Assembly (NCBI GenBank): GCA_027050205.1
Contig: JALUCS010000001.1
Location: 1-21,817 of the forward strand
From: a candidate division WOR-3 bacterium
GTDB lineage: Bacteria; Hydrothermota; Hydrothermia; LBFQ01
Direction of reading: 5' to 3'
DNA length: 21,817 bases
Part shown: piece by piece, positions 1-8,531 of the stretch
Layout of the letters: each line of letters opens with the position of its first letter
Position numbering within the stretch: the first letter of the stretch is position 1
Notes under the pieces: model-generated
What the model was told of the DNA's origin: nothing
What the model saw: the letters and a program-made list of their open reading frames with translations, nothing else
Databases searched by the model: none
Program-made: the position numbers and the translations under genes

Positions 1-162
1 CTCCCGGAGCATCCCCTCCGCCCTCCTCAAGGCCTCCTCCACCCCCCGGACCCTGCTACCCGGATAGAAGCTGTCGGGGGTCAGGTTGAGGATGCCCATT
101 ACGAGGGTGTCGCTGACGTCAAGGGTGCGGCCCCTAACCCTCCAGAGGCTTCTTCTCCCCAC
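1..162 (-). CDS. folP: Dihydropteroate synthase, N-terminal part (runs off window start)
   Basis: Not in ORF track. Manual translation from GTG at 162 gives MGRRSLWRVRGRTLDVSDTLVMGILNLTPDSFYPGSRVRGVEEALRRAEGMLRE, containing the DHPS signature MGILNxTPDSF. SD AGGAGGTG just upstream (167-174). Confidence 0.9.
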   Translation of the reverse strand, partial: MGRRSLWRVRGRTLDVSDTLVMGILNLTPDSFYPGSRVRGVEEALRRAEGMLRE

Positions 163-559
163 GCTTCACCTCCTTTCCGTTGAGGACAATTACGTACTTC
201 ACCTTCGTCACCCGCGATATCATAGCCGTGGCGGAGCAGTACCTGTTCAGGGAAAGGCCCACCGCCCTCTCCAACGCCCTCTGCGGCACCTCTCCCCTTA
301 CGTCGTAGGTGATGGTTATCTCCGTGTATATCCTCGGATGCTCCTCCCTCCTCACCCCCTCCACCACGACCTCCATGTCGTAGGTGAAGCGCATCTTGTT
401 GAGGATGCTCTGGACGTCCATCGCCGTGCATCCGCCGACGGATACCAACATCAGCTCCATCGGGGCGAGGGCGTTCTTGCCTATCCGGACGCTCCCGGAG
501 GGTATCTCAACCGAAAAGTCCTCCCCCGTTAAACGGAAGACCGCCTTTCTCGTGTCCAT
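134..559 (-). CDS. OsmC family protein (YhfA-like)
   Basis: PMELMLVSVGGCTAMDV and LNRYCSAT: two conserved Cys motifs of the OsmC/Ohr family; 141 aa. Confidence 0.88.
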   Translation of the reverse strand: MDTRKAVFRLTGEDFSVEIPSGSVRIGKNALAPMELMLVSVGGCTAMDVQSILNKMRFTYDMEVVVEGVRREEHPRIYTEITITYDVRGEVPQRALERAVGLSLNRYCSATAMISRVTKVKYVIVLNGKEVKRGEKKPLEG

Positions 560-571
560 AGTGCGGCTATT

Positions 572-1249
572 CTAAAAACGAACGATCCTCATCCGCCTCT
601 TTATGGGTCTCTGGGAGAGGACGGCCAGCATAACCACGCCAAACCACATAACGGAGGGGTCGGAAGGTTCGTAGTTCCCGTAGGCCCAAAGTACGAACCA
701 AACCTCCGTAACGGCTATTATCCCAAAGGCGAGGGTCCGTAGGATCCAGGCCCTGTCGGTTATGGCTGACCTTAGGCTCGCGATGACGTTGACGAAGGCG
801 AAGAGGACGTAGAAGATATTGAAGAAAGAGGCCAGAGGTGTCCGGTTAAAGACAGGCAGCAGGAAGGCCAAAATCATAGAAACCACGGCCACGAGTATGG
901 ACAGGACTATAACCGTAGAGAGCATAAAGACGGATCCGGCCTCCCACAGGGCCATTATGTTCCCTGCGAAGAGCATAAGATAAAAGCCCATATAGAAGAC
1001 ATCACCTAAATACGGAAAATACGGGAGTGTGGGGAGTAGGTTCAACCCCTGATGGACAGCCAGAAATGCGAACCCCACCGCCCAGACCTTCTCAAACCTC
1101 CTCCCAATTATGAACGTAATTAGGGCTGCGAGCAGGTTTATGGCGAGGCCACCGGCATACGTATAATTGATGAACTTCTCCCTCAAAAACGGGGAGACGG
1201 CAGACAGCCCTATCATAGAAAAGACCAGCAGAAGTTTGAGAAGCTCCAC
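572..1249 (-). CDS. Hypothetical polytopic membrane protein (~7 TM)
   Basis: 225 aa with successive hydrophobic segments, co-oriented with the OsmC gene; GTG start. Confidence 0.7.
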   Translation of the reverse strand: MELLKLLLVFSMIGLSAVSPFLREKFINYTYAGGLAINLLAALITFIIGRRFEKVWAVGFAFLAVHQGLNLLPTLPYFPYLGDVFYMGFYLMLFAGNIMALWEAGSVFMLSTVIVLSILVAVVSMILAFLLPVFNRTPLASFFNIFYVLFAFVNVIASLRSAITDRAWILRTLAFGIIAVTEVWFVLWAYGNYEPSDPSVMWFGVVMLAVLSQRPIKRRMRIVRF

Positions 1250-1285
1250 CCGTGGCCGTTATTATAGCCTTGATAAGGGGGAGGG

Positions 1286-1612
1286 ATGGGTACCGTACCC
1301 ACAAAGTCTAACCCCGAAGACTTACAGCCTTATAATCCCAACGTGAATCCGGAAGTTGAGAAACTCATAAACCGTATTGAGAATCCCGACCTTCGCATTA
1401 TCGCCCAGATCTTACTCACTATAGGAAAGGACATCGCCGAGATGAAGGCTGACATCGCCGAGATAAAAGCCGACATCGCCGATATAAAAACATACATCGC
1501 CGAGATAAAGGGGGTGATGAGAAGTGACCTGTGGCACAAGGTAAGCCCGGAGGATGAAAATAGAGGTGATGACGAAGATAGGGGAGGCGTCCCCGTTGAT
1601 AGGTTGGATTAG
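1286..1612 (+). CDS. Small coiled-coil heptad-repeat protein (possibly degenerate at the C-terminus)
   Basis: DIAEMKA-DIAEIKA-DIADIKT-YIAEIKG heptads; GGAGG SD before the ATG. Confidence 0.55.
   Translation: MGTVPTKSNPEDLQPYNPNVNPEVEKLINRIENPDLRIIAQILLTIGKDIAEMKADIAEIKADIADIKTYIAEIKGVMRSDLWHKVSPEDENRGDDEDRGGVPVDRLD
1430..1513 (+). repeat. 4 x 21-bp imperfect in-frame tandem repeat
   Basis: gacatcgccgagatgaaggct / gacatcgccgagataaaagcc / gacatcgccgatataaaaaca / tacatcgccgagataaagggg. Confidence 0.92.
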
Positions 1613-1758
1613 GGGGACGGGGTGATTCGGTCTGCGAGGGAAGTTTCCCGGACGGTTGAGTTTCCAATTTCCATAAAGGTATAGACGGGCCTTTCTCTCC
1701 ATCTACGCAATAATATAGGTCGTTTTGTGCGAATTAATGGAAGTTTTTGATAAACGAC

Positions 1759-2063
1759 ATTACGCCGATGAGGTGGGGATAGGGAATTACGCCCATAAAA
1801 GGATAGCCTCCCTTCTACCCGACATCACTCCGACCGCAGCCCCCCTCCTTGGGGATGGAAGTACGAGGAGCAGTTGACGGAAATCAAGGTTGCGGGGGAT
1901 GTATCACCTCATCCTCCAAATACCACAAAGATAATGCCGGCGACCCCTTAAAAGTGGGCATCCGCCGGATACCTGATAAACTATCAATTTTTGCAGGATT
2001 TCAATTATTACCTCACAAAAATAGCGAAATTTTGAGGGGATATTACGCCAACGGGGTGAGGAT
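1759..2063 (+). repeat. Pair of imperfect 22-bp direct repeats in an AT-richer intergenic island
   Basis: attacgccgatgaggtggggat (1759-1780) vs attacgccaacggggtgaggat (2042-2063), 18/22 identical; both preceded by a gaa..ttttga tract. Confidence 0.55.
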
Positions 2064-2235
2064 CGTTCCGCAGCCTTATCAAACGTAGAAGTAAAAATTT
2101 TAAAAACGGAGAATAGAATCCCAGACAACGGGTTGGCCGGTTCAATACCCGGTTTTTGAATATGAGCATGCGACTAGGTCATCGGCATAACAGCCCGGAT
2201 GCGACGACGCCTTATGTGGGGACAGGTTTCCCCCT

Positions 2236-2241
2236 TACAAT
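2236..2241 (+). promoter_or_regulatory. -10 box TACAAT 6 nt before the GTG start (leaderless-type promoter)
   Basis: ttacaatccccccGTG, no SD; same arrangement recurs at many starts in the window. Confidence 0.6.
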
Positions 2242-2247
2242 CCCCCC

Positions 2248-2625
2248 GTGCTTCGCGTCCTGTGGGTGGGTTTGATAGTGCTGTTGCTCGGTTTAACCGT
2301 CATCCCCTACGTCGTACCTAAGGGTGGGAAGGGAAAGCGTAGTATCACGGACGAGAGGTTGGACGTCATCGTCCTAAACGGGACCAAGAGGAACCGTCTC
2401 GCCTACAGCGTCACCTGGTACCTCCGAAAGAAGGGTATAGACGTCCTCTACTACGGGAACGCCGACACCATATACGCCCAGACCCTGATAATAGACCGGA
2501 GGGACAGCATCTCCCTGTCCAACGCCAAAAAGGTCGCCCGCTACATCAAGGGTAAGCTCCTCTACCTCCCCGACACCGACAACCTTGCGTCGGTCTACGT
2601 AATACTCGGCTTAGACTACAGATGA
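2248..2625 (+). CDS. LytR C-terminal domain (LytR_C) protein with N-terminal membrane anchor
   Basis: VIVLNGTKRNRLA...LRKKGIDVLYYGNAD...VYVILGLDY matches the LytR_C pattern. Confidence 0.82.
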   Translation: MLRVLWVGLIVLLLGLTVIPYVVPKGGKGKRSITDERLDVIVLNGTKRNRLAYSVTWYLRKKGIDVLYYGNADTIYAQTLIIDRRDSISLSNAKKVARYIKGKLLYLPDTDNLASVYVILGLDYR

Positions 2626-4343
2626 TCCTCCTCCTCTCCTACACCTACGTCTTGGACGTAAAGGTGGTGGGGGCGAAGTTCTTCAAACCGTCCTTCATCA
2701 AGAAAGTCTTCGGGTACAGTCGGCCCTTCCTCGGCTTTGGCAAGTATATGCGGTACTCTCCGGCTCTCCTACGACACAGGGCCTTGCAGCTGGAACAGAT
2801 ATACAGGGACAGTGGCTTCTTTGACGTAAAGGTCAGGGTTAGGGACAGTACGGTAGGACGGAACCGGATAGTGATAGTTGAGGTTGAGGAGGGTCCGAGG
2901 TACGTCATACGCCGGGTAATAGCCCCTTCACCCTTCCTCCGCAGTATGAGGTTGAAGTTGCCTAGGCCCTACTCCGAGGCCTTCGTGTCTTACTTGGAGC
3001 TGGCCCTAACGGAATGGTACCAAGATAGGGGTTTTCCCTTCGCCGAAGTTAGCAGGGAACTGTACGCCGAGGATACCCTCTTGGATATAACCCTAAAGGT
3101 AGACTCCGGGCCGAGGGTCGCGATAAGGGGTGTGGCCTTCAAGGGTGCCAACGGAAAGGCCCTGACGACGCGGCGTAAGATCTTCTACCGGGAGGTGGTC
3201 GTGAAGCCCGGTGAGTGCTTCTCCATCTCCAAGATAAGGGAGAGCCTCTCCCGCCTCTACCGGACCCTACTCTTCACCAGCATAAGGTGGAAGTTGGAGG
3301 GTATGAGGAAAGCCCCCAAAGGAAGCTGTGGGGACTCCTCGGCCGTCCTCGTCTTCTACGTCAGGGAAGGAAGGCCGAAGATACTGGACCTCACCGTCGG
3401 TCTCCAGAGCGAGACGGACAGGCCCGTCCTCCTCAATGCCGAAACCTCCTTCCAGCACCTCAACCTCTTCAACAACCTCCAGCGGATCCAGCTCTCCGTC
3501 TCCACCCTCCTTGACCTGATGGAGCAACAGGTTCCTCGCTTCTCCTTCAACGTCATCTATCAGGAGCCTTACTTTCTGGATATGTACCTGCGGGCCAACT
3601 TCAGGGTGAAGGGGACGTACGACTCCGATAGATCTATGGAGCAACTCGGTTTCTACGGTGAGATAGTCAAACCCTACGTGTTAAACAGGGTGGAGGTAGC
3701 CTTCGGACCCTCCGTTGAGTTCCGCCGTACCTTCACGGATGGGGGGGAGAGCTACAGGCTCTTCAAGGTGTTTGAGAGGACGCACATAGACACGAGGGAC
3801 GACCTCTTTGACCCCTCCTGGGGGTCCGTGATAAACCTATACGCCGAGGAGGCCGGCTTGGGGTACGTAGGCGACTACGACTTCCTCAAGGGAACAGCAG
3901 AGGTCTCCGTATATCAGAAGTTCTTCCTTACGGAGTGGAAGTGGGCCGCCCGCGTAAAGGTGGGCAGAGTGGGCGCGGTCCTCCGCTCGGACACTCTACC
4001 CTTCTACGACCTCTTCACCCTCGGTGGGGAGGGTCAGGTGAGGGGGTACGACCGTTTCTCCATCGGCAGGGAGGTGAAGGACTGCAACGGACCCGTATGC
4101 CACGTAGGGACTTCCCTCGTCGTATTCAACTACGAGATAAGGCGGAGGATATGGAGGGAGATAGGGGGGGTGATCTTCTTTGACTTCGGATACCTCTCCA
4201 AGGATTACGGTTATTCGGCGGGACTCGGCCTCCGGTACTTCACCCCCATAGGTCCCATAAGGCTAGACTGGGGCCTGCGCCTAAAGGACAGGTCCCCCAC
4301 CGACCGGGGGAAGGTCTACTTGGGCATAGGGCATATGTTCTAG
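2622..4343 (+). CDS. Omp85 (BamA/TamA) family outer membrane protein
   Basis: POTRA-like segments (YRDSGFFDVKV, VEEGPRY, YQDRGFPFAEV), LGGEGQVRGY loop-6 motif, GLGLRYFTPIGPIRLDWG, terminal Phe. ATGA overlap with the upstream stop. Confidence 0.92.
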   Translation: MILLLSYTYVLDVKVVGAKFFKPSFIKKVFGYSRPFLGFGKYMRYSPALLRHRALQLEQIYRDSGFFDVKVRVRDSTVGRNRIVIVEVEEGPRYVIRRVIAPSPFLRSMRLKLPRPYSEAFVSYLELALTEWYQDRGFPFAEVSRELYAEDTLLDITLKVDSGPRVAIRGVAFKGANGKALTTRRKIFYREVVVKPGECFSISKIRESLSRLYRTLLFTSIRWKLEGMRKAPKGSCGDSSAVLVFYVREGRPKILDLTVGLQSETDRPVLLNAETSFQHLNLFNNLQRIQLSVSTLLDLMEQQVPRFSFNVIYQEPYFLDMYLRANFRVKGTYDSDRSMEQLGFYGEIVKPYVLNRVEVAFGPSVEFRRTFTDGGESYRLFKVFERTHIDTRDDLFDPSWGSVINLYAEEAGLGYVGDYDFLKGTAEVSVYQKFFLTEWKWAARVKVGRVGAVLRSDTLPFYDLFTLGGEGQVRGYDRFSIGREVKDCNGPVCHVGTSLVVFNYEIRRRIWREIGGVIFFDFGYLSKDYGYSAGLGLRYFTPIGPIRLDWGLRLKDRSPTDRGKVYLGIGHMF

Positions 4344-5233
4344 CCGAGGACCTTTTCAAAGGCGGAGCGAAGGGCGTAGGCGTTCAGGGGTTTCCGAACG
4401 TAGGCAAAGCGGGCAGGTTTGATGTCCTCCGTACCTACGAGGACTGTACGGGAGGCGAAGGGACCGAACAGGGAGTTCGCCCAGAGGAAGCCCTTGCCGT
4501 TGAGATCGGCGACGTAGAGGTCCATCCCCGGCTGCGGGTCCCCTCCCTCCACGAACTCCGGCGAGTATCCCATCCCCTTCAGGACTACCTCCACCGTCCT
4601 CTTAACCTCCTCGTCGTCGGCGAGGACATAGACCTTTACGGGCTTGGCCTCCTTCTCCTTCCTCTTTCCCTCCCTCTCAACGGCTAGGACGCCTTCGGCG
4701 ACGAGGCGGGAGACGAAGTAATCCACGGTGCTGCTTCGCAGCGACAGGCTCCTCTTCAGGTCGCCGAGGGTAGTACCCTTGACGAGTTCCCCCATAGACA
4801 GCAGTAGGAAGGCGGCGTCCAAGTTGTCCTTAACGCCCTTGGCCCTCTCCGGTATCAGCCTAAGGAAGTCCCCGTCGGTTAAACCCGTCCTCCTGTGGTT
4901 TATCTCGTCCCGTAGGGAGGAAACCCAGAGCATGAGCTGGTTGGCGTCAAAGCCGAGTATCTCCGGGATCTCAACGTTCTCCCCGTCAAGGTTCTCCATA
5001 AAGAAGGTTCCGTCCCGGCACTCCATTACCCCCATCAGGGTGTCCAAGACCTCAAGGATGTTTTCCAAGATCTCGCCGTTGCGCACTACGGAGACGACCC
5101 TGCCGTCCTGGAAGTAGAGCATAACCGTACCCATAGAAGGGCACTCCACCTCTATTACCCCCCTCCTGAAGGTCGCCGTGCTTATTAGGAGGGGGATGTC
5201 AAGGTCCCTTACGTCCCCCTGTACGGCCATCAC
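4340..5233 (-). CDS. DUF4388/PATAN domain protein with probable HTH and compact C-terminal receiver domain (PatA-like)
   Basis: N-term VQGDVRDLDIPLLI...GVIEV...LYFQDGRVV...DGTFF; C-term VYVLADDEE...DLYVAD...VLVGT...YVRKP. Confidence 0.7.
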   Translation of the reverse strand: MMAVQGDVRDLDIPLLISTATFRRGVIEVECPSMGTVMLYFQDGRVVSVVRNGEILENILEVLDTLMGVMECRDGTFFMENLDGENVEIPEILGFDANQLMLWVSSLRDEINHRRTGLTDGDFLRLIPERAKGVKDNLDAAFLLLSMGELVKGTTLGDLKRSLSLRSSTVDYFVSRLVAEGVLAVEREGKRKEKEAKPVKVYVLADDEEVKRTVEVVLKGMGYSPEFVEGGDPQPGMDLYVADLNGKGFLWANSLFGPFASRTVLVGTEDIKPARFAYVRKPLNAYALRSAFEKVLG

Positions 5234-6366
5234 CTCCTCCTTTTCTTCGTAAAGAGTACCGTATGGATCATCTGGTTAGCGTGGAAGTTCATTATCCTCC
5301 CGTTCACCGTCAGGCTCCCTTGCTCCCCGTAGGTGGCCGCCCCTACGAATGGGGCGCCCCGTACCATCCTCCTGTATATATCCGCTATCTCGTTCAACCT
5401 CCCCTTTATTGGGGCTATGCACCCGGCGCAGTATATCAGGATACCCCCCAAGACCTGTAGGTACTCGTCAAGGCTCTTCCGGACCGTTACGGCCGTCCGG
5501 GATACGAGGAAGCTGTCCGTCGCCGTGGCGTGATATATGGTCTCCCCCTCGTTTATGTGGGAGAGTACGAGGACGGCCTTCTCCCTCGGCAGCACCTCAA
5601 AGACGTGCGAGACGACTATGTCCTCCCCGAACTTACGGGCTATGGGGTTCAGGCCGGCTATCTCAAAGGGTATTATGCCCCCGCGCTTTACGACGTCGGA
5701 TATGTCAAAACCCCTCTCCTTCAGCCAGGAGGCATACACCTCAACGGCCGGCTTACCGTCTATCTCGTATACCACCGTCCCCCCCGTCTCCGGATGGAAC
5801 ACCTTGGTCACCTTACCGTGCCTCCTGGTGAGCATATACCCGGCGTGGAAGGTTGAGAGGATGGGGTTCTTGGACTTGAAGGCCACCACAACCACACCGG
5901 AGTTGGTCTTCCTACCGTTGGTGAAGGTCCACCAATCGCCGGAGAAGTCGTTGTCGGCCGCAGTGCCGCCGAATATCCTGACCTTGGATCTGAAGGCGTC
6001 GTCTAAGGTCCTCACCACCGCCTCCTCAAGGCCGAGGGTGGGGAATATCATAAGTAGGCTGGGGATCTCCATCTCCTTCTTTATGGCAGACGCTATCTCC
6101 CTCACAGGCTCAACGATGGTCCTAACGTTGCCCTCGGCGAAGTATGCCTTTGCCTCTACCCCATCGCCCTCCTCGGCGACGAGCAGGTACGTACCCTTCA
6201 CATAGCCCTCCGATGTGAAGACACCACCGTGGGAGGTTATACCGAAGACGGTGAAGGGGAGGGATACGAGCCTATCAACTTCGGAGGAATCGCTGGTAAA
6301 AGCCAGCGCCCATCGGACCCTGGCCCTATCAATTTCATCCAACCTCTTTAGGGGGATTGAGAGCAT
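5230..6366 (-). CDS. FIST N/C domain sensory protein (NosP-like)
   Basis: IFGGTAAD, VYEIDGKPAVEVY, LIYCAGC, GAATYGEQ and FHANQM are FIST motifs. Start reassigned from 6537 to the ATG at 6366, which avoids overlap with the divergent gene and follows a TATAAT. Confidence 0.88.
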   Translation of the reverse strand: MLSIPLKRLDEIDRARVRWALAFTSDSSEVDRLVSLPFTVFGITSHGGVFTSEGYVKGTYLLVAEEGDGVEAKAYFAEGNVRTIVEPVREIASAIKKEMEIPSLLMIFPTLGLEEAVVRTLDDAFRSKVRIFGGTAADNDFSGDWWTFTNGRKTNSGVVVVAFKSKNPILSTFHAGYMLTRRHGKVTKVFHPETGGTVVYEIDGKPAVEVYASWLKERGFDISDVVKRGGIIPFEIAGLNPIARKFGEDIVVSHVFEVLPREKAVLVLSHINEGETIYHATATDSFLVSRTAVTVRKSLDEYLQVLGGILIYCAGCIAPIKGRLNEIADIYRRMVRGAPFVGAATYGEQGSLTVNGRIMNFHANQMIHTVLFTKKRRR

Positions 6367-6423
6367 ACGCCTTCTATTATAACGCCGGAAAATCCAACGG
6401 TGTCCAACGGTAAAATAGTCTCC
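6367..6423. promoter_or_regulatory. Compact divergent promoter with back-to-back -10 boxes and a tandem TCCAACGG repeat
   Basis: TATAAT on minus (6376-6381), TAAAAT on plus (6411-6416), tccaacgg at 6393-6400 and 6403-6410. Confidence 0.6.
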
Positions 6424-7293
6424 ATGCTTTCGCTCCTTTCCGGCCTGCCCGTTTTCGTCTCCCCCGACGACTTTGGCAAGGTTAGGCCCAAGGTGGTCAT
6501 AGACGTGAGGGATCCGCAGGAGTACGCCGAGGCCCACATACCGGGGGCCGTTAGTTTCCCGGTGGATGCCTTCCTACGGGCGGTGGATAGCGTACCCTTC
6601 CATATGCCTGGATTTGACACCCTCGTGGATAAGATAGCCTCCTTGGGAGTGAGGCAGGGGGAGAGCGTCCTGATATACTCCTCGGCCAGACTGACCTTCC
6701 ACTACCTGAACGCCGCCGCCCTCTATATGGTACTCAAGTACCTCGGCTTTAAGAAGGTCTACGTCCTCAACGGTGGGTTTGAGGCGTGGGAGGAGGCGGG
6801 AAAGCCCACGAGCAACCGCCGGGGACTCCGGGGAAGGATACGCCTCAAGGCCCGGGCCGACAGCACCTTCATAATCACCATTAACGACCTCCTTGACAGT
6901 ACAGGGAACGTCCGTAAGGACGTACACCTCGTGGATGTGAGGCTCCCGGCCTACTACTTCGGCGTAATAGCCCCTCCCTTCTACACCCGCAGGGGACACG
7001 TACCGGGGGCCACCTCCCTGCCCTTCAACTTCTTCTTCAAGACGGTCAGGGGAAAGAAGGGTACGTACTACGTCTTGGCAGATACCGCCCTCATAGACAG
7101 TATCCTAAAGCCCAACCTCTCCCCCATCAAGCTTAACGTCTTCTACGGCAACACGCCGAGGGAAGCCGCCTTCTTCCTCCTGCTTTTGGACTACGTAGGG
7201 TACCCCAGGGAGAGGTACAGGCTCTACCTGAACGGCTTTCCGGAGTGGAGCCGCAGGGAGGAGCTACCCGTGGTAAGGTACAGGTGGGAGTGA
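6424..7293 (+). CDS. Tandem-domain rhodanese/sulfurtransferase-like protein lacking the catalytic Cys
   Basis: IDVR..EY...HIPGA, VLNGGFEAW, LVDVR...GHVPGA, LYLNGFPEWS. Start reassigned to ATG 6424 (TAAAAT 7 nt upstream). Confidence 0.85.
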   Translation: MLSLLSGLPVFVSPDDFGKVRPKVVIDVRDPQEYAEAHIPGAVSFPVDAFLRAVDSVPFHMPGFDTLVDKIASLGVRQGESVLIYSSARLTFHYLNAAALYMVLKYLGFKKVYVLNGGFEAWEEAGKPTSNRRGLRGRIRLKARADSTFIITINDLLDSTGNVRKDVHLVDVRLPAYYFGVIAPPFYTRRGHVPGATSLPFNFFFKTVRGKKGTYYVLADTALIDSILKPNLSPIKLNVFYGNTPREAAFFLLLLDYVGYPRERYRLYLNGFPEWSRREELPVVRYRWE

Positions 7294-7298
7294 GAATT

Positions 7299-8084
7299 AT
7301 GAAGAGGATGACCGTAAAGAAACTGGCGGAGCTTAAGGGGAAACGCCCCATAGCAGCCATAACGGCCTACGATTACACCTCCGCCCTCCTCGCCGACGCC
7401 GCCGGTTTTGACCTCGTCCTCGTAGGGGATTCCGCCGCGATGGTGATACACGGGTACGAAAGTACCCTACCCATAGGGATGGAGGAGATGCTGATGCACA
7501 CGAGGGTGGTGGCCCGCACAGTAAAGAGGGCCTTGGTGGTGGCCGACATGCCCTTTATGAGCTATCAGCCCTCACAGGAGGAGGCGATACGGAACGCCGG
7601 GAAGTTCATGAAGCTCGGAGCCTCCGCCGTCAAGGTGGAAGGGGGCAGGGAGGTGGCGGAGTTGGTCGCCCGTCTCGTATCCTACGGCATCCCCGTTATG
7701 GGCCACATAGGTATGAACCCCCAGAAGTTCAACGTCTACGGTGGATTCAAACTCCAAGGTAGGGACAAGGAGGAACTCCTGAAGGACGCCCTCGCCCTAC
7801 AGGATGCCGGGGCCTTCGCCGTAGTCTTGGAGAAGGTCCCCACCGAGAGCGCCCGGTACGTCACGGAGAGGATAAGGATACCGACGATAGGTATAGGGGC
7901 CGGACCCCACACGGACGGACAGATACTGGTTTTCCACGACGTCCTCGGCCTCATCCCCGGAATGGAGTTCAAGTTCGTGAGGAGGTACTTAAACGGCTTC
8001 TCCATCCTTAAGGAGGCCCTTGAGAGGTTCAAAGAGGACGTCCTGAACGGCCGCTTCCCCTCCCCCGAGGAGAGCTACGAATGA
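7299..8084 (+). CDS. panB: 3-methyl-2-oxobutanoate hydroxymethyltransferase
   Basis: ITAYDY, LVGDSAAM, VADMPFMSY, AVKVEGG, PVMGHIG, IGIGAGPHTDGQILV. Start at ATG 7299 after GGAG. Confidence 0.97.
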   Translation: MKRMTVKKLAELKGKRPIAAITAYDYTSALLADAAGFDLVLVGDSAAMVIHGYESTLPIGMEEMLMHTRVVARTVKRALVVADMPFMSYQPSQEEAIRNAGKFMKLGASAVKVEGGREVAELVARLVSYGIPVMGHIGMNPQKFNVYGGFKLQGRDKEELLKDALALQDAGAFAVVLEKVPTESARYVTERIRIPTIGIGAGPHTDGQILVFHDVLGLIPGMEFKFVRRYLNGFSILKEALERFKEDVLNGRFPSPEESYE

Positions 8085-8527
8085 GACTCCTCTACAGGCT
8101 CCTGGCCACCGGTCTGTTCGTCGGCTACGTTCCCTTGGCACCCGCCACCTTCGGTAGCCTGTGGGCAATACCCCTCGTCCTCCTCACCGGCACCTATGGC
8201 ATAGACTACTGGATAACGGCGGCTGCCCTCGTCGTAGTGGGGGTAGTGGCGGCGGATAGGGTGGCGGAGGAGGTGGGAGAGAGGGACCCGTCGGAGGTGG
8301 TTATAGACGAGATAGCCGCCCTGTACCTCGCCTACGCCACCTTCCCCATAAAGTGGAAGGTCCTCCTCCTCGGATTCCTCCTCTTCCGTATCTACGATGT
8401 GCTTAAACCCTTCCCCGCCCGGAGGCTTGAGTCCCTACCCGGAGGCCTTGGGATAGTGGCGGACGACCTCGTAGCAGGGGCCTACACGTGGATAACGGTC
8501 AAGGTACTTTTGAGGTTCCTGGTGTAG
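8081..8527 (+). CDS. pgpA: Phosphatidylglycerophosphatase A
   Basis: GYVPLAPATFGSL, DPSEVVIDE, LFRIYDVLKPFP, GGLGIVADDLVAG. Confidence 0.93.
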   Translation: MRLLYRLLATGLFVGYVPLAPATFGSLWAIPLVLLTGTYGIDYWITAAALVVVGVVAADRVAEEVGERDPSEVVIDEIAALYLAYATFPIKWKVLLLGFLLFRIYDVLKPFPARRLESLPGGLGIVADDLVAGAYTWITVKVLLRFLV

Positions 8528-8531
8528 AGCC

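Noticed and set aside
1856..1876. tggaagtacgaggagcagttg resembling the transposase 5' end at the window end
   Set aside because: Short gapped match that does not extend in either direction; likely chance.
1973..1987. FNR-like site CTGAT-aaact-ATCAA
   Set aside because: Spacer is 5 rather than 4 nt, there is one mismatch, and it is far from any start.
1849..2128. Short ORFs of 79 and 74 aa in the first island
   Set aside because: Atypical composition, no motifs and no initiation signals.
6367..6537. 57-aa N-terminal extension of the FIST ORF
   Set aside because: Overlaps the divergent rhodanese gene; the ATG at 6366 follows a TATAAT box and begins the FIST-like sequence.
7245..7298. N-terminal extension of panB in the ORF track
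   Set aside because: Overlaps the rhodanese 3' end; ATG 7299 has an SD and a typical PanB start.
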